64,000 nt of DNA from Patescibacteria group bacterium (GCA_042571515.1 JBHPHX010000002.1:31164-95163); one strand, 5' to 3'; numbered from the stretch's first letter, positions 50,110 through 58,940 are shown. Notes: a model not told the origin generated them from the letters alone. Numbers and translations are program-made.

Positions 50110-53100
50110 TCTTTAACCTCTTTCTCTTCCGAACTTTTTGTATCTTCTTTAAGAGAAATCCCGGGGGTTGCAGCAACTTCCTCTTCTAGCTCTTCCTCAT
50201 CCTCTACTTCCTCCACAGCCTCCTCTGTTGATAATGCCTCAATTCCAATACCCAACCCATTTAATTGCCTAACCAATAACTTAAACGTTTCTGGTACGGT
50301 TGAATCTGGAATCTCCGACCCTTGAATGATGGCACTGTAGGCCTGTGTTCTACCGATCAAATCATCCGATTTGATTGTAAGCATCTCATTTAGCACGTGT
50401 GCAGCTCCATAGGCCTCTAGCGCCCAAACCTCCATCTCTCCAAATCTCTGACCACCAAATTGCGCTTTTCCACCCAATGGTTGCTGTGTAATTAGGGAGT
50501 AAGGGCCAGTGGATCTGGCGTGAATCTTTTCTTCACTCATATGAACCAATTTCAAAATATATGTTTCCCCTACAACAATTTCCTCATCAAAATAATTTCC
50601 GGTTCTGCCATCAATAAGTTTCATTTTTCCACTCTTTGGAAGTTTAGCTGCGACTAGCTCTTTTTCAATTTCTTCTTCAGCTATTGGTTGTAATAAAGGA
50701 ACCTCATACCTCTTACCTAATCTTTTACCCGCCATACCTAGCGGCGCTTCTAAAATTTGGCCAACATTCATTCTTTTTAAAACTGCCTCGGATGAGAAAA
50801 TAACGTCTATGGAAGAGCCATCTTCGAGTGTGGGCATGTCAATAGAGGGAACAATTGCAGAAATAACACCTTTGTTACCGTGCCTACCTGCAAGTTTATC
50901 TCCAACTTCAATCTTTTTTTGCTGGGCAACGTAAACTGAGATCTCCTCTAACGTCCCTGCCGGTAAATCTTCATTTTCTTCTCTTGTTACCTTCTTAACT
51001 CCAATAACTACACCATGTTGACCATGTGGCATATACAAAGAGTTATCCCTTACATCCTTTGCCTTTTCACCAAAAATAGCCCTCAGCAATCTTTCTTCTG
51101 CAGATAACTCTGCTTCACCCTTAGGTGCAACCTTACCAACCAATACATCATTGGAATGAACTTTTGAACCAATAGCAACAATTCCTTCATCATCCAGATT
51201 TCTCAAAGCCTCTTCGGCTACGTTTGGAATATCTCTTGTAATTTCCTCTGGGCCAAGCTTAGTTTCTAAAACTGGAATAACATGATCAGTAATGTGAATA
51301 GAGGTCAATACGTCCTCTTTTACTAACCTATCAGAAATAATAATTCCATCTTCAAATTCATACCCCTCCCAAATCATGTATGCAACACTAACATTGGTAC
51401 CAATAGCTATATCACCATCCTCTGCGCTAGGGCCTTCAATAAGCACATCGCCCTTTTTGACTTTCTGTCCTGTTTCCACCCTTACATACTGGTTGAAACA
51501 AGTTTTAGTATTAGATTGTTTGAACTTAGCCACTTCATATGTGGCTTTTCCCCCTTCTTTGTACTTTACCTCAACCTTTTCAGCATCTGCATAAGTAACT
51601 TCTCCTGCATTCTCTGCTACTATAACAGCGTTGGCGTGTACTGCTATGTCTCTTTCTACTCCTGTACCAACAATGGGTGACTCAGGTCTGATTAATGGTA
51701 CTGCCTGAGACATTTGTTGCGTACCCATAAGTGCTCTACCCACAGCATTATTTTGCAAAAATGGAATTAAACCGGCACTTATACCAACAACCTGTCTTGG
51801 CAGGGCTTCAATGTACTCAGCTTTTGCAGCATCCCCTAAAATAAAGTGACCCCCTTTTCTTAGAGGGACTTGGCTTTCGACAATATATCCCTTGTCGTCT
51901 ATTTCAATAGAAGAGTCTGTTATAAAAAAGTTTTCTTCGTCATAGGCTGCCAAATAAACAATATTATTTGTTAATTTTACTTTGCCATTTGCCTCTTTTT
52001 TGAGTTTTATATATGGGGTTTCCAAAAAGCCATATTTATTTACCTTGGCATACATGGATAAATAGTTAATCAAACCAATATTTGGTCCTTCTGGTGTTCT
52101 GACCGGACAAATCCTACCAAAAGAAGAGTAGTGTACGTCCCTTACAGCCATGCTTGCACGTTCTTTTGTGAGCCCACCTGGACCCAAAACCGAAAGCCTC
52201 CTTAAATGTGCCAAGGAGGTTAATGGGTTTTGCTGATCTTGAAACTGTGAAAGTTGTCCTGTTGCAAAAAAGCTATGTACGCTGGCAGCCACTGCACGTG
52301 GGGAAATTAAAACTCCAGGCATTGGAAGCTCTTCCCTTGGTTGAAGGGTCATTCTCTCTTTAATATTTTTTTCCATTCTTAAAAACCCAATTCTCATTTG
52401 CCACTGTAAAAGTTCTCCCACCCTTTTTACTCTTCTATTGCCTAAATGATCTACATCACTTACTTCCCCAACTCCATTATTTAACTCAATAATTCTGGAG
52501 ATGATTACTATTAAATCTTCTAGTTGTAAAAGGAGGTGCTTCTCATCATCTTCAGAAAAGTTTAGACCTAATGTTTGGTTTAATTTGAATCTACCAACTT
52601 TACCTAAACTGTATCTTCTTGGGTTGAAAAATAGTGTATTTACAAATTCTTTAGCATTTTCCAAAACAAGGGGCTCCCCTGGTCTTTGTTTTCTATAAAC
52701 TTCTAAACAGGCTTCATCAAAAGAATTAGTAGGATCCTTGGCCAAAGTGCTTTCCACAAAACTAATTTCGGGACTCGAATCTACACCCTCAAAGGACTTT
52801 CTTATCCCATCATCTGTTTCCAACCCAAAGAGCCTTAGCAAAGTGGTAATTGTCATCTTTCTTTTTCTGTCAATCTTTACGCTGATAACTCCAGTTCTGG
52901 AGGTTTCAATTTCAAGCCAAGCACCATTTTTTGGTAGGATTTTTGCCCCAGCTAAAAATTGGCCGGTAATTGGGGAGATGCTACCGGTAAACAAGACACC
53001 TTCGGATCTAATGAGTTGGTTAATAATAACCCTCTCAACACCGTTAATAATAAATGTCCCCTGATCTGTCATCAGGGGTATATCTCCCATGTAAATTTTT

Positions 53101-53393
53101 TGAGAATTCTTTTTTTTGTTAAGTGTATCTTCCAAAGTGGCTTTTATATACCAAGGGGCGTCATAAGTTCGACCGCTGTGAATTGCCTCTCCTACGCTTA
53201 AATTTTCCTTTTTTATATCGGGATCTGTAAGTGTAACAGTCCAACCTCTGCCAGAATAGTCCTCAATGGGGCCTAATTCCTCAAGAATATCTACAATACC
53301 TTCTTTTAAGAACCATTCGTACGACTCTAACTGGACGTCTGACAAGTTGGGCAAAGGCAAAGACGTCTTTAATTTTGAAAAACTTTGGCGCAT
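50106..53393 (-). CDS. rpoB: DNA-directed RNA polymerase subunit beta
   Basis: GRHGNKGVIS, GGQRFGEMEVWALEAYGAA. 1095 aa. 4-nt overlap with rpoC. Confidence 0.98.
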   Translation of the reverse strand: MRQSFSKLKTSLPLPNLSDVQLESYEWFLKEGIVDILEELGPIEDYSGRGWTVTLTDPDIKKENLSVGEAIHSGRTYDAPWYIKATLEDTLNKKKNSQKIYMGDIPLMTDQGTFIINGVERVIINQLIRSEGVLFTGSISPITGQFLAGAKILPKNGAWLEIETSRTGVISVKIDRKRKMTITTLLRLFGLETDDGIRKSFEGVDSSPEISFVESTLAKDPTNSFDEACLEVYRKQRPGEPLVLENAKEFVNTLFFNPRRYSLGKVGRFKLNQTLGLNFSEDDEKHLLLQLEDLIVIISRIIELNNGVGEVSDVDHLGNRRVKRVGELLQWQMRIGFLRMEKNIKERMTLQPREELPMPGVLISPRAVAASVHSFFATGQLSQFQDQQNPLTSLAHLRRLSVLGPGGLTKERASMAVRDVHYSSFGRICPVRTPEGPNIGLINYLSMYAKVNKYGFLETPYIKLKKEANGKVKLTNNIVYLAAYDEENFFITDSSIEIDDKGYIVESQVPLRKGGHFILGDAAKAEYIEALPRQVVGISAGLIPFLQNNAVGRALMGTQQMSQAVPLIRPESPIVGTGVERDIAVHANAVIVAENAGEVTYADAEKVEVKYKEGGKATYEVAKFKQSNTKTCFNQYVRVETGQKVKKGDVLIEGPSAEDGDIAIGTNVSVAYMIWEGYEFEDGIIISDRLVKEDVLTSIHITDHVIPVLETKLGPEEITRDIPNVAEEALRNLDDEGIVAIGSKVHSNDVLVGKVAPKGEAELSAEERLLRAIFGEKAKDVRDNSLYMPHGQHGVVIGVKKVTREENEDLPAGTLEEISVYVAQQKKIEVGDKLAGRHGNKGVISAIVPSIDMPTLEDGSSIDVIFSSEAVLKRMNVGQILEAPLGMAGKRLGKRYEVPLLQPIAEEEIEKELVAAKLPKSGKMKLIDGRTGNYFDEEIVVGETYILKLVHMSEEKIHARSTGPYSLITQQPLGGKAQFGGQRFGEMEVWALEAYGAAHVLNEMLTIKSDDLIGRTQAYSAIIQGSEIPDSTVPETFKLLVRQLNGLGIGIEALSTEEAVEEVEDEEELEEEVAATPGISLKEDTKSSEEKEVKE

Positions 53394-53408
53394 TAAATAT
53401 TTCTTAGA

Positions 53409-53428
53409 ACCTTAAATAACCTTAAATA
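53409..53428. repeat. tandem 10-nt direct repeat in the rpoB 5' leader
   Basis: ACCTTAAATA occurs twice in tandem on the plus strand (mRNA sense UAUUUAAGGU x2), 16-35 nt upstream of the rpoB ATG. Confidence 0.7.
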
Positions 53429-53442
53429 CGGGCAACCTGGGT

Positions 53443-53471
53443 AAGGTAACACAGCGAAAACCCCCTGTCAA
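53443..53471 (-). promoter_or_regulatory. candidate sigma-70-type promoter for rpoBC
   Basis: On the minus strand: TTGACA (53471..53466), a 17-nt spacer, then TACCTT (53448..53443). The -35 is perfect, the -10 matches 3 of 6 positions (T1, A2, T6). It lies ~50 nt upstream of the rpoB ATG. Confidence 0.3.
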
Positions 53472-53529
53472 CAGGTAAATTCAACAAAATATGAAACTTT
53501 TTGCTCTCACTGCAATTATATTCTACAGC

Positions 53530-54072
53530 CTATTGTATATATCCCGCAATAGATAACGGCCAAAACCTGAAAACCACTCTACCTACAATGTCTTCTTTGG
53601 ATATAAAACCAAAAATTCTTGAGTCTACAGACCTACTTCTGTTATCCCCCAGGACTAAGTACTCGTTTTCCCTTAGCTTAAGGGATCTTCCTTCTTTTAC
53701 CTGTCCATTAGAAGAGGTACAAGTATCATCCATTAGGTAGGGCTCATCCAAAACATATTTCTGCCCGTCCCTTAGGATATAAACCTGGCAATCATATATT
53801 TTAACGACGTCTCCGGGAAGCCCAATTACTCTTTTTATATAACTTATGTGGGGGTCGTGTGGTGGATGTAAAACAACTACTTCTCCGGTCTCATATTCTT
53901 TGAAATGTTTGGTTACTTTTTCCACCAAAATACGCTCCCCGGTGTAAAAAGTAGGCTCCATGCTTGCCCCTTGCACATTTTCTGGCACGGCAATAGTCAT
54001 ATATATTACTAAGATCACAATGCCACTAGTAATCAATGATTCAATTATTTCTTTAATAAATTTTTTGAACAT
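53530..54072 (-). CDS. lepB: signal peptidase I
   Basis: GASMEPTF (catalytic Ser box), YIKRVIGLPGD, LGDNRSRSVDSR. N-terminal anchor. Confidence 0.9.
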   Translation of the reverse strand: MFKKFIKEIIESLITSGIVILVIYMTIAVPENVQGASMEPTFYTGERILVEKVTKHFKEYETGEVVVLHPPHDPHISYIKRVIGLPGDVVKIYDCQVYILRDGQKYVLDEPYLMDDTCTSSNGQVKEGRSLKLRENEYLVLGDNRSRSVDSRIFGFISKEDIVGRVVFRFWPLSIAGYIQ

Positions 54073-54089
54073 GCGGTAGACTTATATTA

Positions 54090-55589
54090 ATGAAAAAGAT
54101 TTTAATTGCAAATATACCTTTTTTCGTTCTGGTTTTCTTTTTAGCATTTTTTGTTTTTATAAATGGTGTAAACGGTGAATTTGTGTCCGACGACATTGCT
54201 GCTATAGTGAATAACCCCCATATTGGGGTTTTGGATCCTAGGAGCCCTGATTTTAGGTTTTGGTATTTACCCCACGCCATTATTTATAACTTATTTGGTC
54301 CCACACCGGTTCCTTATCATTTGCTATCTATGGTATATCACTTTATTAACCTCGTACTTTTTTTCTTAATAGCACAAAAGGTATTTGGTAATAAAGCAGC
54401 TTCAATCTCTACTTTGCTTTTTGCTGTTCATCCATTAGTTTCAGAACCATTACTTTGGATTTCGGCCTCACCTTATTTATTAAACTCGATTTATTCATCC
54501 ACACTTTTACTCTTGTATATCAAGTACAAGGAAACCAAAAATAAGAAGTTTCTCTGGATGGTTTTTACCTTTTATGCTTTTATTCTTCTTCCCGGAAGCG
54601 CCTGGGTTATGACTATTTCTGGTTTCATTTTGGTTTTTGACCAGCTTCTAATTGAAAAAGAAATTAATTTCAAGAAATTAGGCCCGCCTTTGGTGCTTAT
54701 TGCTTTAGCTTTACTTAGTGCGGTAAAGCTTGCTACAACAACTACAAAAATTCCCTACCGACTTCAGGAAGTGTCGGGGACAGAGCCCTACGTCAACAGG
54801 TTTTTCTATTCAACGTACATGGTAACAAAACTGCTTGTCTTTCCTAAAGATTTATCTCTTTATCATGAAGGAAATATCATCACCAAAACACATTTCACCA
54901 TTATGATTGTGGTTTCCGTACTCGTTGTAGGAACTACACTCTACCTACTAAAAAAGAAGAATAAAATTGGGGCTCTTATTTTACTTGGTTTTGTTTCCAT
55001 AGCCCCCGTCTACAGCCCAGTACAAATTTCTTGGTTTGTAGCGGAGAGGTATTTGTATAAGTTTGCGGGTTTATTTTGTATTATCTTGGCCCTACTTTTC
55101 CTAAGAATTAAAAATAAAAAGGTTATGGGGGGTTTGGTTGTAGTATTATTTTGTATTTATTCCACTCGAACTTTTGTAAGAACCTTTGATTGGAAAACTA
55201 GAAAATCCCTTTGGCATTCTACTCAAAAAATAGCTCCATATAGTAGACGGGTTTATAACAATTTGGGAGACGTGTATTCTAAGGAAGGTAATTATCCAGA
55301 GGCAGCGAAGTATTTTCTTCAAGCTATAAAAATTGACCCTAGTTATTCCGAAGCTATGCATAATTTGGGGTTGGTTTACTTAGAGATGGATGATTTGGAA
55401 AATGCAGAAATATTGTTTAAAAGGTCCATTCAGGTTAATCCAAATTTGTACCAGTCATATTTGCAATTGGGGATAATAGAGGCCCAAAGGGAAAATTATG
55501 ATTCAGCAAGGGTGTATTTTGAAAAAACGCTTGAGATTAATCCCAACGAGGCTTCCACTCAACAACTACTAAACCAACTATCTCGGTAG
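54090..55589 (+). CDS. polytopic GT-C-like membrane protein with C-terminal TPR repeats (TMTC/PMT-like architecture)
   Basis: First loop: GEFVSDDIAAIVNNPHI. About 10 hydrophobic segments, then TPR repeats (YNNLGDVYSKEGNYPEAAKYFLQAIKIDPSYSEAMHNLGLVY...). Confidence 0.7.
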   Translation: MKKILIANIPFFVLVFFLAFFVFINGVNGEFVSDDIAAIVNNPHIGVLDPRSPDFRFWYLPHAIIYNLFGPTPVPYHLLSMVYHFINLVLFFLIAQKVFGNKAASISTLLFAVHPLVSEPLLWISASPYLLNSIYSSTLLLLYIKYKETKNKKFLWMVFTFYAFILLPGSAWVMTISGFILVFDQLLIEKEINFKKLGPPLVLIALALLSAVKLATTTTKIPYRLQEVSGTEPYVNRFFYSTYMVTKLLVFPKDLSLYHEGNIITKTHFTIMIVVSVLVVGTTLYLLKKKNKIGALILLGFVSIAPVYSPVQISWFVAERYLYKFAGLFCIILALLFLRIKNKKVMGGLVVVLFCIYSTRTFVRTFDWKTRKSLWHSTQKIAPYSRRVYNNLGDVYSKEGNYPEAAKYFLQAIKIDPSYSEAMHNLGLVYLEMDDLENAEILFKRSIQVNPNLYQSYLQLGIIEAQRENYDSARVYFEKTLEINPNEASTQQLLNQLSR

Positions 55590-55592
55590 TAG

Positions 55593-55623
55593 GGGTCTGA
55601 CCCGTACGGGTCAGACCTTTTCT
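55593..55623 (+). terminator. intrinsic terminator
   Basis: Perfect 10-bp stem GGTCTGACCC (55593..55602) / GGGTCAGACC (55607..55616) with a GTAC loop, followed by TTTTCTT. It starts 3 nt after the stop codon. Confidence 0.8.
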
Positions 55624-55709
55624 TACCTTTTCTTACAAAAGTAAGGAGAGACCAGGTCTACTTTTACCAGGGTTGAATCTTCTGGGGGTTTTTGGTATGA
55701 GTAGAGAGT

Positions 55710-56315
55710 ATGGAAAAATGCATTTTAGTTAGAGGCAAACCCGGGTCAGGAAAGACATCACTGGCACAAGAAATAGCAAAAAAAGAAAATATCCGGATAA
55801 TAGATTCTGGGGAGGTGGATAAAACTTCCAAAGAATACCAACATTTTAAACCTATCAGAAATCGCAATCCAACCGACCAAGTTAAAAAGTATAGTTTTCT
55901 ATTTCATAAGGCCAGAGAGCATTTAGAAAACAAGGGAACAATACTTTGGTGCCAACCCTGGAGCAGGATGTCTGAAATAATGGTAACTCTGCAAAATTTT
56001 GCTTATCACTTTGGAGAAACACATAGCAAAACCTGGGAATTAAACCCAAAGGAACTATTGGAAACTCTACCCTTTGCGCTAGTAATCATAGAGCTGGAAA
56101 TAAGTGATAAGAATTCTATAGAGAGGATACAGAAAAGGAAAAAAGTTCCTTCGGAAAAGATAAATAAATATAAAAAATTCAATAGAATGTATCAGGAATT
56201 AGTTTTTCCAATAAAAACCCTTAAACTAAGCGCATTGGACACAGTTGAAGTAAACTCAAATCTTGCAAACGATTTCGTTAAATCTCTAAACCAACCCCCA
56301 CACCCCAAGCGCTAG
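55710..56315 (+). CDS. P-loop NTPase/kinase-like protein
   Basis: Walker A VRGKPGSGKTSLAQEIA. 201 aa, with no other motif recognised. The 3' end overlaps the convergent mraY by 30 nt. Confidence 0.6.
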   Translation: MEKCILVRGKPGSGKTSLAQEIAKKENIRIIDSGEVDKTSKEYQHFKPIRNRNPTDQVKKYSFLFHKAREHLENKGTILWCQPWSRMSEIMVTLQNFAYHFGETHSKTWELNPKELLETLPFALVIIELEISDKNSIERIQKRKKVPSEKINKYKKFNRMYQELVFPIKTLKLSALDTVEVNSNLANDFVKSLNQPPHPKR

Positions 56316-57284
56316 GATAGAAAGAACAGCGTGGGCCACCCAAAACCTAAACACCACCTTATCCTCCGGCCAACCAACAGCCTCAAAATAATGATGCAGC
56401 GGTGCAATCTTAATAATCCTTTTCTTCCTAAACTTAATGCTCAAAATCTGCAAAAAGGACGAAAGTGCATCTACAATAAAAACAAGGCCAAAAATCAAAA
56501 ACAGCCACAAAAGATCATTCATTAATATAAACAGTGCAAGAATCGCACCGAGAGAAAAAGACCCCGCATCTCCCATATAAACTCTTGCTGGCCGGATATT
56601 AAAATATAAAAAGGCTAAAAGAGCCCCAAAAATTACCGAAATGTAACCGAGTTCCACTTCTCTTCCCATGCTCTTAAAAACTACATACAAAACCCCAAGT
56701 GTAATCAAATACATTCCCGAACTCAATCCATCTGCTCCATCTATAATATTAAACGCATTAATAATAAAAACGATTGTGAACATAGAAATCATAAAAAGGA
56801 TCCAATAGCCTACGATTTCATATCCTAAAAAGCTCACTTTAAATAAATCATTCGCCAACGCAAAATAAGTCAAAATCCCTGCCATACCAAACTCAATCAA
56901 AAATTGATACCTCACCCTCATACCTAAACTCTTAGTTCTCAAAATCTTCCGCAAATCGTCTGTTAGGCCAAATAAACCAAAAACCAAAGTCCCACAAAGA
57001 AGTAGGGTAGTTTTAAAAATGTCAAAATTATAAAACTTAGCTAGTAACCAAAACCCAACCACATAAACTAAACTAAACAAAATTCCCCCACCAATTGGTG
57101 TCCCCACTTTGTGTCCATGGATTTCGTCATAAACATCAGAAGATTCGCCACGATTACCCATTCTTCCCTTTTCCCTTTGGGGCTGCTGCATTTTTAGCTT
57201 GTATAAAAGGTTAATGAAAGGAATATATAAAACTCCTGTTATTAGGGTTGTGATAGATGATATTAAAAATACGTTAAATGACAT
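56286..57284 (-). CDS. mraY: phospho-N-acetylmuramoyl-pentapeptide transferase
   Basis: HGHKVGTPIGGGI, GLTDDL, NAFNIIDGADGL, APLHHYFE. 332 aa, polytopic. Confidence 0.9.
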   Translation of the reverse strand: MSFNVFLISSITTLITGVLYIPFINLLYKLKMQQPQREKGRMGNRGESSDVYDEIHGHKVGTPIGGGILFSLVYVVGFWLLAKFYNFDIFKTTLLLCGTLVFGLFGLTDDLRKILRTKSLGMRVRYQFLIEFGMAGILTYFALANDLFKVSFLGYEIVGYWILFMISMFTIVFIINAFNIIDGADGLSSGMYLITLGVLYVVFKSMGREVELGYISVIFGALLAFLYFNIRPARVYMGDAGSFSLGAILALFILMNDLLWLFLIFGLVFIVDALSSFLQILSIKFRKKRIIKIAPLHHYFEAVGWPEDKVVFRFWVAHAVLSILALGVWGLV

Positions 57285-57322
57285 ACTAATATAGTATAGC
57301 GAAAAAAGGATATAATTGGCAC

Positions 57323-58078
57323 ATGGGTATAAAAAACGAAGTTAAGGAATTGGTAAAGAAACTGGATGGAAATATTGGTGTATATGTTAAATTTCTAAAT
57401 TCTGGAGAAACCATTGAAATAAACGCGGACTTGCAGTTCCAAGCAGCAAGCATAATAAAAATACCAATACTTACAGAGTTTTTCAGACAAGTTGAAGAGG
57501 GGGATCTCAAACTGAACCGGAAGATAAAAATAAAAGAAGAAAATTTAGTTAAGGGTTCTGGGATAGTACACTTGTTGGACAAAAATAATGAATACACACT
57601 TGAAGATCTTGCAAAACTCGCGGTAATTCTTTCTGATAATGCCTCCACAAACGAAATCGTGGATTTAATCGGACCAGAGAATGTGAAAAAACATATTGAG
57701 AAATTGGGACTGGAAAAAACAACCTTTAAACACAAGATGATGATAAAAGCAAACGGGGGCCCTAACTTAACAACCCCAAAAGAAATCTCCATACTTTTGG
57801 AAAAGCTGTACAATAACGAATTAGCTTATTCTGAGAAGATATTAGACATAATGACTGAGTCAAAACTTCGACACGGAATACCCTCGCTCATCCCAAACGA
57901 AATAAAAATCTCTCATAAAACAGGTAATCTGCAAAATACGGTCCATAATGTGGCAGTAATTTACGCAAAAAACCCTTTTATAATGTCTTTTCTTTCCAAT
58001 AATCAAAAGGACAAACGTTTTACAAACAAAGTAATGGCTGAATGTGCAAAATTATGTTTCGCGTATGCTAATAAATAA
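57323..58078 (+). CDS. class A beta-lactamase-like serine hydrolase
   Basis: The three class A boxes are present: SIIK (SxxK), SDN (LSDNAST) and KTG (HKTGN). No signal peptide is evident. The omega-loop region lacks an obvious Glu166 equivalent. Confidence 0.75.
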   Translation: MGIKNEVKELVKKLDGNIGVYVKFLNSGETIEINADLQFQAASIIKIPILTEFFRQVEEGDLKLNRKIKIKEENLVKGSGIVHLLDKNNEYTLEDLAKLAVILSDNASTNEIVDLIGPENVKKHIEKLGLEKTTFKHKMMIKANGGPNLTTPKEISILLEKLYNNELAYSEKILDIMTESKLRHGIPSLIPNEIKISHKTGNLQNTVHNVAVIYAKNPFIMSFLSNNQKDKRFTNKVMAECAKLCFAYANK

Positions 58079-58940
58079 ACTATTGCGCAAGCCATACAGA
58101 CAAATATTGAAAACCCTGACAAAAGCAGTGTTAAACAAACACAAACCCACCATTGTCGCCATAATGGGTGACAGGCAAACCTCAATTGGTAGGGAAGTGG
58201 TATACCAAGTTTTAAAAACAAAATTTCCCGTTAGGAGAAATTTAGAAACCCCTGAAGCTGAATTTAGCGTTCCACTAACAATTTTAGGCTACCCACATTA
58301 TCCAAAAACAAATTTGGAATGGATTTGGGTACTAATCAAAACAATTGGCGGGCTTTTTACTATAAAACCTTACAGCCATTTCCTAGTTTTAGAACTAAAC
58401 TTCGTACAAAAAGAGCTAATGGAATACTGGCTAGAAATAACGACACCAGAAACGGCTGTAATTGTGGGAAATTCTCCTATTGACCAAGCCCAATACAACT
58501 TTAAAAAACTTGTGAAAATAACTTCCACACACTCTCAAGATATTTTAGGTCCCTTTAAAATAGCTGCACAGCAAGTGGGAAAATTTTACAGAATTGAAAA
58601 TCAAGTTATAGAACAAACCCTCCAAACTCTAAACCTCCCTACTTCAAAAATCCGTCTTCTTCCTGGCAAGGGGGGCTCTTTGATAGTTGATGCCACGCAC
58701 TACTATAAACCGACAAGTTTAGAGGCGGCGCTTGAATTCGTGGATGAAAAAGAAGTGGGTGATAAGTATTTAATCTCAAATGTGCCTCAGGATCTACAAT
58801 TTGCCAAATCACACCTTGTACAGAAAGGGTGGCAACTCAACTCACAAAATTTATCTCCTAAGAATAACGACATTATTATTTTACGTGGAAACAGGGTAAG
58901 GGTTCTTCAAGAACAAAAATTGTTAATTAATTACAGTTAA
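58065..58940 (+). CDS. truncated, motif-degenerate MurF-like (Mur ligase family) protein
   Basis: PTIVAIMGDRQTSIGREVVYQVL aligns by eye with the Mur ligase P-loop region (..GS.GKTS..E....L) but lacks GK. EFSVPLTILG matches the NNEIGVPLTLL box. LIVDATHYYKPTSLEAALEF matches the liDDsYNANP.S..aAl box. Start set at the ATG 58065. Confidence 0.55.
   Translation: MLINKLLRKPYRQILKTLTKAVLNKHKPTIVAIMGDRQTSIGREVVYQVLKTKFPVRRNLETPEAEFSVPLTILGYPHYPKTNLEWIWVLIKTIGGLFTIKPYSHFLVLELNFVQKELMEYWLEITTPETAVIVGNSPIDQAQYNFKKLVKITSTHSQDILGPFKIAAQQVGKFYRIENQVIEQTLQTLNLPTSKIRLLPGKGGSLIVDATHYYKPTSLEAALEFVDEKEVGDKYLISNVPQDLQFAKSHLVQKGWQLNSQNLSPKNNDIIILRGNRVRVLQEQKLLINYS

Noticed and set aside
57286-57813. 175-aa minus-strand ORF
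   Set aside because: It is antisense to the beta-lactamase-like gene, which carries all three class A motifs. The translation is low-complexity and rich in Ser/Phe/Ile.
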